Positions 51,458 through 59,943 of a stretch of DNA of 64,000 nucleotides are shown here, piece by piece. The DNA lies in assembly GCA_035719905.1 (NCBI GenBank), contig DASTFN010000044.1:4711-68710 (forward strand). Direction: 5' to 3'. Numbering within the stretch: position 1 is the first letter of the stretch; every line of letters begins with the position of its first letter. The notes beneath the pieces were generated by a model. That model was given only the letters and a program-made list of their open reading frames with translations. It ran no database searches and was not told where the DNA came from. The translations under genes and the position numbers were made by a program. The stretch comes from Allosphingosinicella sp. (GTDB lineage: Bacteria > Pseudomonadota > Alphaproteobacteria > Sphingomonadales > Sphingomonadaceae).

Positions 51458-52411
51458 GTGCCTCCCATCCTCTATCTGGATCAGAACGCCTGGGTGGCGA
51501 TCGCCCGGGGTGCCTGGGACAAAAGCGCGTATCCAAGGGAGCACTCGGCGCTGGCCGTTCTGGTCGAAGCCATCAAGGCGCATGGGCTGATCGTTCCGCT
51601 CACCTTCACGAATCTCTACGAGACCATGAAGATCAACGATCACTCCCGCCGCAGCGCCATGGCGTACGCCCAGGCGACGGTTAGCCGCGGGCAAGTCTTT
51701 CGCGGCCGCCGCCGCATTTTCCAGGAGACGCTTTCATTTTATCTCGCGAACCATTTTGGACTGCCAAAGGCCGGGTCCTCCGAACATTGGTTCCTGTCAG
51801 ACGTCTGGTTCGAAAGCGTGGCCGATCTTTCCTCCGGCGCCTTCGAAACAGTCGTGTCACAGCGGGTGGTCGACCTCATTCGAGCCAGGCCTGCCGAGCT
51901 TCTCTTCGATCACCTGGTCTCGACGGACGAAGAGGTGCGGCGGGAAGGGGTGCGGCGCTACAGCGCCAGCTCCGCCGAGCTCCTCTCGGGCATTGAAGCT
52001 CGCCGTGGCTTGGCGGCAGGATAAAGTCTCGCGCTTCGCAGACGTGCCTACAGCGCCCAGCTCATGATCGATGAACTCGAATTCATCCTGGCCACGGGCC
52101 GCGGCCTCGGCCTCGACTGGCGGAACGTGAGAGACATCGGCTCTCCACTGATGCGAAAGCTCACCGCCGAGGTGCCCGTTCTCCATATCGAAAGGGAGCT
52201 TGCCGTCAGGATCGAGGATCAGACGCGTCGGATCTCGGAAAACGACCTCCGCGACATGTCAGCCTTCACAACCATCTTGCCATTCGCCGACATCGTCGTT
52301 GCGGAGAAGCCCTTCGTGAACCTCGCGCGGCAAGCGAAGCTCGGAGAGCAATACGGGACAAAGCTGTTCACATCGATCTTCGACCTCTCGCCACTAGTGA
52401 TTGGCAGTTGA
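51458..52411 (+). pseudogene. PIN-like domain gene interrupted by an in-frame TAA at 52022-52024
   Basis: ORFs 51458-52024 and 52064-52411 share a frame and read through as ..AAG*SLALRRRAYSAQLMIDE..; ILYLDQNAW and NDLRD..AD..V.EK are PIN-like motifs. Confidence 0.7.
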
Positions 52412-52563
52412 AGGGCGACCCCCATGCGGAACCGTTCCGCGCAGTTAGCGATTCCCGCTGGAACGATCCGCGAGACGTACTCCTCAGGGACGAAAACTGC
52501 GCGCTAAGACGCAAGGTCACTGAACTCAGGTACGAGCGGCAACCCTACAATTCAGGCAGTGCG

Positions 52564-53919
52564 ATGAAGCCTTTTCCCATTCAGACGCTTACCGAGGCGG
52601 ATCTCGACAGCATCGTCGAGGCGGCCGGGGGCATGCGCGCCCACCCAGACGCTGACCGACGCGACAAGGTCGGTGCCGACTACGTCCTTGGAAAGACCGT
52701 CATTGAGCTGAAAATTCTTAACGAGGAGGGGTTCGACAAACCGACACGGCAGGCAAAGCTGGCGGAGCTGTTCCGAGCGCATCAGCCCGATCGGCCCGTC
52801 GTGGTCGTCGATCCCGAACTACTTCCTGACGGCGATCGCCGCCGCTACCGCAATATCGTCGAGCAACCGATCAAGCGGGTCATCGCGAAATCGAGGCAGC
52901 AGCTCGAGCAAACACGGGAGGAGTTCGGCGAGACCACCGGCTCCGTCCTGTGGATCGTCAACAACGGCTATACCGCGCTCGATCACGATATGCTCGAGGA
53001 GCTGGCCGCCAATCGCGTTCGCCAGGACACGAGCAGCATCGACGGGATAATCGTGTCGGGATGCTACTATCATAGCGACGGGTTCGACAGCTTTTTCCTG
53101 TGGCCATGCGACTACGTTCCAACCCGCCTCGATCATGGCTTTCCGGAATTCGATCGGCTGCAGGGCGAGTTTCAGGCCTTTGCCGAGTCCTTCATGACGA
53201 ACCTCATGAGGCAGACGCAGCCGGCGGGCGATAAGTTCGAGGTACGTGACCTCGTCTTCGACGTGGACGGCGTACGGTTCGTCCGGCCGGCCCCGGTGAT
53301 GGGACAGCCCTCCGAATTCTACGTGGGCGGGCGGCCGCGCGCAAACAGCTCCGGGATCGAAGCATGCCCTCCCGTCGGGCTAATCGTCCCAGGACTGAAG
53401 CGCGCGGACTTAGAGCTCATCGCCGGCGTCATCGGCGAACCAGAGGGCCCTCTCGGCAATTGGCCAGCTTGGCAGCGTCATCTGGAAGGAGCGGCCGCCG
53501 CCGCAAATCCCAAAAAGCCGCTCATTTCCATTCCCATTGATGCCGAAGAGTGGCTGCGATGGTGCAGGGCCGAAGATGAGAGCCCATCCCTTCGAACCCT
53601 CGGTCACTTCGCTCATACGATCTTCGAGGAGCGAATCCGCGCCATTCTCAAATCAGCGCGTGAACGCACCGAGGGCGGGATCATCCCCAGCGCCTATGTC
53701 CTCGCCGTCACTCAGGAGATCGGTCAAGATCGCGCAAACGATGTCTCCGACATCGCTGCCCTCCGCGAACGCGCCACCGACGGTCCAATTATCCGACCGC
53801 TCGCGGAGAACCTTCGCATCTTCCATGAACACGCCATCGCCTTGGCGGCAGCCTACGCATTGCGTGAGGGTCTCGACGTGGTTCTGTGGAGCCGGAATAG
53901 CCGGTACGGCTGGATTTAG
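52564..53919 (+). CDS. Hypothetical protein with PD-(D/E)xK-like motif
   Basis: ADYVLGKTVIELK; the start could be as early as 52408. Confidence 0.55.
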   Translation: MKPFPIQTLTEADLDSIVEAAGGMRAHPDADRRDKVGADYVLGKTVIELKILNEEGFDKPTRQAKLAELFRAHQPDRPVVVVDPELLPDGDRRRYRNIVEQPIKRVIAKSRQQLEQTREEFGETTGSVLWIVNNGYTALDHDMLEELAANRVRQDTSSIDGIIVSGCYYHSDGFDSFFLWPCDYVPTRLDHGFPEFDRLQGEFQAFAESFMTNLMRQTQPAGDKFEVRDLVFDVDGVRFVRPAPVMGQPSEFYVGGRPRANSSGIEACPPVGLIVPGLKRADLELIAGVIGEPEGPLGNWPAWQRHLEGAAAAANPKKPLISIPIDAEEWLRWCRAEDESPSLRTLGHFAHTIFEERIRAILKSARERTEGGIIPSAYVLAVTQEIGQDRANDVSDIAALRERATDGPIIRPLAENLRIFHEHAIALAAAYALREGLDVVLWSRNSRYGWI

Positions 53920-53984
53920 GCTCCCCATCATCCCCGGCGGTTGGTCAGCCGGGCCTCCTTTGTAGGTCTCAGAAGGCGTTCGTA

Positions 53985-54335
53985 TCATGGGCGATCGCTC
54001 AGAAGGCGTGTCATTTGGTCGAATGCGCGCTGTGATATGGTGATGATCGCTCGGCCCATCTCGGTGCCAGGATAAAGCCGCTCTACCATGCCGTGTTCCT
54101 CCAGAAGGGTTAGCCAGCCTGCTGTCTCATCTGTCGACACGCAGTCTGCAATGGAGGCGCTGATGACCGAGACCAGCCGTGGGTCGCTCGCAGCGATGTA
54201 GAGATCGAGGAGCAGGTCCCACGCGGGTTCGCCAAAGAGAGTAGCGCCGAATTCCTGATCGCGCAGGCGTCGGAGGCGATAGAGGCGACGGGCTTCTTCG
54301 ACCGCCGTGGCGGGAGCATCTGGAGATCCCGGCAT
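53985..54335 (-). CDS. Winged-helix (MarR-like) protein
   Basis: R.RRLR...F..LFGEPAWDLLLDLY...L...G.V.R pattern. Confidence 0.7.
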   Translation of the reverse strand: MPGSPDAPATAVEEARRLYRLRRLRDQEFGATLFGEPAWDLLLDLYIAASDPRLVSVISASIADCVSTDETAGWLTLLEEHGMVERLYPGTEMGRAIITISQRAFDQMTRLLSDRP

Positions 54336-54503
54336 TTGAGCATCCCGGCGAAAAGGTCCGTTTTGGATTATACAAATCCATCAACCTGTCGAGTAGAAAC
54401 CATCGCTAATGCAATAATAGGATATGACGGTTGGGACGACGCAGCCAGCGGGCCTGCCATGGCTTTTTTCAGGCGGTGACCGGACTTCCCCGCCCTTTCA
54501 AAT

Positions 54504-54800
54504 CTACGTTTGCGACGTGGCAGTCCCACATGCCTTGGTAAGAAAGGCGCAGAGTTCGCGGACTGCATCCGGACAGGCAGTATAGGTGACGACGCGGCCC
54601 TTCTTCGAGGAAGTGACGAGGCCGGCCCTCGAGAGAATCGCCAGGTGCGCGGACATCGTGTTCGCGGGAGTATTCGACTTGGCGGCTATCTCACCTGCGG
54701 AGAGGCCCTCCGGCTGCTGTCCGGCCAAAATAGTGAAGACGTTCAGGCGGGTCGCCTGGGCGAGAGCGCTCATCATCTGCATTGCTGTCATCTTTTCCAT
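54504..54800 (-). CDS. ArsR/SmtB-family repressor
   Basis: ALAQATRLNVF..L..GLSAGEIA..NTMSAHL..L.RAGLV...GR...Y. Confidence 0.92.
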   Translation of the reverse strand: MEKMTAMQMMSALAQATRLNVFTILAGQQPEGLSAGEIAAKSNTPANTMSAHLAILSRAGLVTSSKKGRVVTYTACPDAVRELCAFLTKACGTATSQT

Positions 54801-54900
54801 CCCTCTAGAATAATCGAACTAGGGGTGTCGTCAATTCGCCCTGGCCGTTTTCTGCCCCATTTTGACTCATATAATATTCGATGGTTCTGGAACCGTTGAA
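54795..54900. promoter_or_regulatory. Two related 24-bp palindromic boxes, putative ArsR operators
   Basis: TTCGATGGTTCTGGAACCGTTGAA (54877-54900, +) and TTCGATTATTCTAGAGGGATGGAA (54818-54795, -, overlapping the arsR ATG) share TTCGATnnTTCTrGAnnnnTnGAA. Confidence 0.55.
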
Positions 54901-54979
54901 ATATATTAACGTCGGATTATGTCAGGTTCAGCCGTGCTGCTCTCGTTGCCAAGCAGGCGGACTTAGGACCACAGGCGAC

Positions 54980-55702
54980 ATGGAGTTCGCTATGAATGCG
55001 ATGACCATTTCTCGAATGAAGGCTGCTTGCGCGGGTGCGCAGGCTGTAAAAGCTAGCCCCGGCGATCCGCTGGACGCTGACTCTCCCTTCGATGACGTCG
55101 TAATCACCACCAGCCGAGCATTGTGCCGGCTTGCGCTGATTGCGACTGAGACAGGTGCTCGCTTTCAGCGAGAGGCCGAACCACACGATCCGATGTCTTG
55201 GTTGATGTCTCCGCGCAGGATGTTCGCCGGCTCGACGGCATTGGAGGCATGTCTTGAGCGCGAGCACTTTCTGCGGGCCCTTCTGCTGCATGGCTTATCG
55301 CTTGGGCTCGATGCCGACCCCGAGGAGATCGACGGCCTCCTGGACGATCCTGTAGACGATCATGTTGTCAGCCGGTGTCGCCGAGGTACCTCGAGAGCAG
55401 TCGCACGATTGAGGCTCTATACGGCAACCGTGCTTCGCTCGACTTCCGGAACCATGCTTCAGGCGTTCCATGCCTCGGTCACGTCCTCGGTGGAAGAATT
55501 TCGGGGCAAGCTCGAAGAAAAATTTGGTCCGGCCGCGGCTGAACGTGCCGAGATCCGCGTCGGCTTTGATCCTGCAGCGCCCATCGTTCTCGCCCTGGTG
55601 CCGGCAGCCGTCGCCAAGGTGCTTCGGAAGGTCGAGCGGGAGAGTGCTGCGCCGGCTTACGGCAACTTCGCAGTGACAATCGAGCACTGTCTCGAAGCCT
55701 GA
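54980..55702 (+). CDS. Hypothetical protein (paralog of 56768-57529)
   Basis: RLAL.A.ETGARFQRE..HDPMSW..PR..F.G..A..ACL.R...LHGLSLGLDADP shared with the second copy. Confidence 0.75.
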   Translation: MEFAMNAMTISRMKAACAGAQAVKASPGDPLDADSPFDDVVITTSRALCRLALIATETGARFQREAEPHDPMSWLMSPRRMFAGSTALEACLEREHFLRALLLHGLSLGLDADPEEIDGLLDDPVDDHVVSRCRRGTSRAVARLRLYTATVLRSTSGTMLQAFHASVTSSVEEFRGKLEEKFGPAAAERAEIRVGFDPAAPIVLALVPAAVAKVLRKVERESAAPAYGNFAVTIEHCLEA

Positions 55703-55799
55703 GGTCGTCACCTCACCAGAAGATCACCTCACCAGAACAGATGCCCCGCGCTCCCGTCCCGGACGGCGATGTGAGCGCGGGGGGTAGGGAGCTTGCGCC

Positions 55800-56684
55800 A
55801 TGAGCAATGGAAAACCCAATGGGTATGTCTCGCCATCCGGTGCGGACGACAGTCGGATTTTGCGCCGTGTTGATATTCGTGAGGGGCAGACCGGCGAAGG
55901 AAATCAAGCGGACGCTCCGTTCGTCGGTATCGCTGTAGACGTTGAAACGACGGGATTGGATCGCACGTCCGATCGCATCATCGAGCTCGCGCTGAGGCGG
56001 TTCCGGTACGACCGTAATGGCGTGATCACGAACATCGACATTCCATACAGCTGGCTGGAAGATCCCGGGAGACGCATTCCCCCGGAGATATCTAAGCTGA
56101 CGGGTCTCACCGACGCCGATGTGGAGGGGCAATCCATAGATGATGGTGACGCCGTACGCTTGCTGGGCACCGGTACGCTGATCATCGCCCACCATTGCCG
56201 GTTCGATCGCCCATGGGTCGAGGCACGGCTCCCCGGTGCCACAGGACTCGCCTGGGCGTGCTCGATGGAGGGGATCGACTGGCGGGCTCAGGGCCTCGAA
56301 GGGGGTAAGCTCGGCTTTCTCCTTACGCAGGCGGGATGGTTCCACACGGGCCATCGTGCCGGTGCCGACGTGGATGCCGTCATTCAGTTGCTGCGCCACC
56401 GGTTTGAAAACGGGCGGACCGCTCTGTCAGCTTTATTGGAAAAGGCGGCCCAGCCGAGCTGGATTGTTCGCGCGGTCGGCGCCGACTTCGGCGTCAAAGA
56501 TCTGTTGCGCTGCCGCGGGTACCGCTGGGACGCCGGTCGCAAGGTCTGGTGGCGTGAGGTGGCCGACCCGGATCGTACCCCGGAGGAGTTCTGGTTGGCG
56601 GCCAATGTCTACTCCGGGCACGCAAACCCGAAGGCCCTCGGCCCCACCTTCGAGGAAGTATCTGCCTTTACGAGGTTCCTGTGA
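55800..56684 (+). CDS. DEDDh 3'-5' exonuclease (DnaQ-like)
   Basis: AVDVETTG, IIAHHCRFDR, HRAGADV. Confidence 0.9.
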   Translation: MSNGKPNGYVSPSGADDSRILRRVDIREGQTGEGNQADAPFVGIAVDVETTGLDRTSDRIIELALRRFRYDRNGVITNIDIPYSWLEDPGRRIPPEISKLTGLTDADVEGQSIDDGDAVRLLGTGTLIIAHHCRFDRPWVEARLPGATGLAWACSMEGIDWRAQGLEGGKLGFLLTQAGWFHTGHRAGADVDAVIQLLRHRFENGRTALSALLEKAAQPSWIVRAVGADFGVKDLLRCRGYRWDAGRKVWWREVADPDRTPEEFWLAANVYSGHANPKALGPTFEEVSAFTRFL

Positions 56685-56767
56685 TTGCTGCCTCCATTGG
56701 GCCGCCGACCAAGATCGAGGGCGGGGGAGCATCGCAATCAACCAGCGTAGAATTAAGGAGAGGTAAA

Positions 56768-57529
56768 ATGGAAGCGCACACCGAAACCAGAGAAGCTAGC
56801 TTGCTAATCGACGGCCCAATGGCGGCAGATTCGAACTACGGCTGGGTCTCGGAGGCGCTCGCGCGATACGACGATCCGCTGGATTTTGACGTCCCGACTG
56901 ACGTGGCGGTTACCACGACTCGTCGCGGACTGGTTCGCCTTGCTTTGGTCGCCGCCGAAACCGGAGCTCGCTTCCAGCGAGAGGGCATGTCTCATGACCC
57001 AATGAGCTGGATGCTGGCCCCTCGTGCGTTGTTCGACGGTGCGAGCGCGATCGACGCATGCCTCGAGCGGAACGGCTGCATGCGCGGCCTTATGATCCAC
57101 GGCCTGTCGCTCGGGCTGGATGCGGATCCTGCCATAATCGATGCACTGGCCGCTGATGGCGACGAGGAAGAGCTTGAGGCTCAGCCGCGTGGTCCGGGCG
57201 CGGAGATCCTTCCGTTCGCTCGCCAGCCGGAACCCCAACTCCGTCTCTTCACCGCGACCGTCGTCTCCCACGACCGGGGCGAGACGGTCCACGCTTTCCA
57301 TGCGTCGCTTGCAATCGATGAGTCAGAGGTAAAAGGGCGCCTCTACTGCCGCATCGGCGCCGCCTCGGTCCACGCCCGGATCGTGGCGGGCTTCAATCCC
57401 GCAGACCCGCTGGTCGAAGCACTTGTCGCGCCTGCTATGTGCGATACTTTGGAGTTGGTCGACGGGGACCCCGGTTCGCCGCTCGCGGCCGGTCTCGACC
57501 TCAACATCGAGCAGCGCTTCTTCGGGTGA
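56768..57529 (+). CDS. Hypothetical protein (paralog of 54980-55702)
   Basis: Same conserved blocks; GGAGAGG RBS before the ATG at 56768. Confidence 0.75.
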   Translation: MEAHTETREASLLIDGPMAADSNYGWVSEALARYDDPLDFDVPTDVAVTTTRRGLVRLALVAAETGARFQREGMSHDPMSWMLAPRALFDGASAIDACLERNGCMRGLMIHGLSLGLDADPAIIDALAADGDEEELEAQPRGPGAEILPFARQPEPQLRLFTATVVSHDRGETVHAFHASLAIDESEVKGRLYCRIGAASVHARIVAGFNPADPLVEALVAPAMCDTLELVDGDPGSPLAAGLDLNIEQRFFG

Positions 57530-57627
57530 CCCGCCCAGTTGTGACCGACGCCGCTCCACCAAATCATGGTCGTGATGCCTAAGCCGATTGCGAGTTCCTT
57601 ATCTCATTAGTGGTCATGAAGATGAAC

Positions 57628-59109
57628 TTAGCTCTCGCCTGCTCCGAGTACATCTACATGGACCACGACAGGGACGCTGTGGGCCTCAGAGACTTCCATG
57701 GCGCCTTTGGCGAGCTGCAGGAAGGCGGCATCCCGGACGGAAGCGTCCGCTACTGCAACAGTGAGATGCCAGACATGATCCTCGGCCTGCCGAACCTGCA
57801 CGTTAGCCGCTCCCCCGGGCGTGCTGCATTCGGCGACTCTCTCGAGCAGGTGGCGCACGTCGCCATGCCCTTTGATTGTTGGCCGGCCACCGCGACTACG
57901 GGCCGGAGGAGGGCTATTAGCGTCCGTAAAGATATCCTCCCCGAGAGCAGCCATCAGCGGCGCGACATCGAGGGGGATAGCGGTAGCCCATGCAGCCTTC
58001 GGTACCCTCCGGTTGGCCATTTCATCCACGGCCTCCGAGAGCATGCGTTCAATAGTTGCCAGCGGCTGCACGGCAGTGACCCGGGGATCGTATCCGAACG
58101 CGTCACCACGATCTGCGCGGCGTTCGAGCCGAAAGGGGCCAAGTCCCATGCCCAGAAGGCGTCGCGTCGGGCCGCCCTGATGCAGGAAGATGTCGCGACG
58201 CTCTATTATTTCGTAGCTTTCTGCTAGCAGGGCATCAGTTAGGTACTTCCACTGCTTGGCGAATGTGGTGGCAATCACGATCTTGGGTTTGGGCTGCGAA
58301 GACGTTTGGGACACTACGTCATCTTCACGCGCCAGGCTGATCCGTCGGTTAACATCCTGAAGCGCGAGAAGGACTCCGCGTGGTTCAGCCGATCCGGCTA
58401 TCACAGCGGCACCAAGCGGGCTGCCGGACCACAAGTCGATGGCAAGGGTAATCGTGGGGGGCAGGCCGTCTTCTTCAGCGACCAATCTCTTGATGGAGGT
58501 ATGGTCGATGACGAGGGTTTCTACAAACCGCTCCGCGACGACGTCGCGCTCTTGCGCCTGACGTCCCAGGTTCAGCGTCAGGGTGCCCGGAGTCGGATTG
58601 GCTGATCGTAAGGCGCGCTCGTGGAACACTCGCAGCGCAGTGTCGCTCGGCAGGTCACCCGGCCCGGTCCAAGTTTGCCGCACGTGCGAGATAATCTGAG
58701 CGGTGGAGGCGAGGGGATCGCGCTCCAGAAGACTTTTGATTGAGGCGGAGATGGCGCTGGCCGTTTCTTCGGCGGCCAGGCGCGTTGGTCGCTCCATGCC
58801 GAGCTTCTGGTGAGGCACTAGCGAGAAGGGCGATCGGTCATGCGCCCTCCAGTGCGCCACCAACTGGTAGAATCGTGCGATTGCGAGCCCCGCCTCTTTC
58901 GCGGCGCGCAGTGTGTCCGCCGACGTGGGGCTCTCCAGTTCGTCGTACGCACGGAGAGCCTTAAGGCGGCGCAACGCCACCTCCTGCTTGGCAATCGGAA
59001 GCAGAAGCCACTCGGTTTCAGAGAGAAATGGCTCGTCTTTCAATAATGCTTCCATGCTACGCACACGCGCGAGGATAGCGCGTGCGACGTCCTTCGACGA
59101 CGGCGTCAT
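57628..59109 (-). CDS. TnsB/TniA-like protein with degenerate DDE triad
   Basis: N-terminal HTH block, then LVIDHTSI..TITLAIDLWSGSPLG; second Asp and Glu positions appear replaced (IVIATTFA, HQGGPTRRLLG). Confidence 0.7.
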   Translation of the reverse strand: MTPSSKDVARAILARVRSMEALLKDEPFLSETEWLLLPIAKQEVALRRLKALRAYDELESPTSADTLRAAKEAGLAIARFYQLVAHWRAHDRSPFSLVPHQKLGMERPTRLAAEETASAISASIKSLLERDPLASTAQIISHVRQTWTGPGDLPSDTALRVFHERALRSANPTPGTLTLNLGRQAQERDVVAERFVETLVIDHTSIKRLVAEEDGLPPTITLAIDLWSGSPLGAAVIAGSAEPRGVLLALQDVNRRISLAREDDVVSQTSSQPKPKIVIATTFAKQWKYLTDALLAESYEIIERRDIFLHQGGPTRRLLGMGLGPFRLERRADRGDAFGYDPRVTAVQPLATIERMLSEAVDEMANRRVPKAAWATAIPLDVAPLMAALGEDIFTDANSPPPARSRGGRPTIKGHGDVRHLLERVAECSTPGGAANVQVRQAEDHVWHLTVAVADASVRDAAFLQLAKGAMEVSEAHSVPVVVHVDVLGAGES

Positions 59110-59270
59110 GGCTCTTTCTCCCTATTTTGGTCAACGTGGAGGATGCGCACCGATGTTCTTGACATCGGACTTCTGCATCCTAGATTATTTCGTAATCTTA
59201 CAGAAAAGGCGGTTGCGTTGAGCTACTCGGATGTGCTGGATCATGAGCGATCCCTGATCGGAACCTCACC

Positions 59271-59933
59271 TTGAGGCGGAACCGCGGTCCCAACGTGGCG
59301 GTGCCGGTGCGGGAAGTACGGAGGCGCTCCTCCGCCTGCACGACCGGCAGCGTTCCAGTTCCGGTCATCGGCACTTCGCTGCATGGCGAGGGCAGGCTCG
59401 ACGTCGACCTGCACGTCCTCGTGTCAGTGCTGCCCTGGGTGCGCGAGTATAAGGCGCAACCCATGCGGTTGCCGATCTGGGTGGAAGGGCGGTGGTCCAC
59501 CTATGTCCCGGACGGACGACTGCTCGGCTTGGCGCGGCCGCTCTGCGTCGAGGTCAAGCCACTGAAGAAGCTGCGGGTCTCACCCGACCTGGACGGCAGG
59601 AAAATTGCTATTGAGCGGGCTCTAGATCTGCGCGGCGAGGACTTCGTGATCTGGACCGAGCTTGAAATTCGGGCTGAGCCCCTTTTCCCCAATGCCAAGC
59701 TGGTTTGGTCTCATGCCCAAAACGCTGCCCCTACTGAGATCGTGGAGACCTGCGCGAAGCTGCGGAACGTCGCCTTCTCAATCATGGATGAGGTCGTCGC
59801 CGCTTTTGGGGGGGGGCAGCACGGCTGGCGGTTGGCGTTGGCGCTGGTCGGCATGAAGGTCCTCGCGCTCGACCTCAACCAGCCCATCGTCGGCTCGTCA
59901 CGCGTGCGGGTCGGCACTCGCGGATGGATTTGA
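59271..59933 (+). CDS. tnsA: TnsA-like endonuclease
   Basis: VREYKAQP..YVPD..VEVKP (PD-ExK), WTELEIR; directly upstream of tnsB. Confidence 0.8.
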   Translation: MRRNRGPNVAVPVREVRRRSSACTTGSVPVPVIGTSLHGEGRLDVDLHVLVSVLPWVREYKAQPMRLPIWVEGRWSTYVPDGRLLGLARPLCVEVKPLKKLRVSPDLDGRKIAIERALDLRGEDFVIWTELEIRAEPLFPNAKLVWSHAQNAAPTEIVETCAKLRNVAFSIMDEVVAAFGGGQHGWRLALALVGMKVLALDLNQPIVGSSRVRVGTRGWI

Positions 59934-59943
59934 GGAGCGACCA

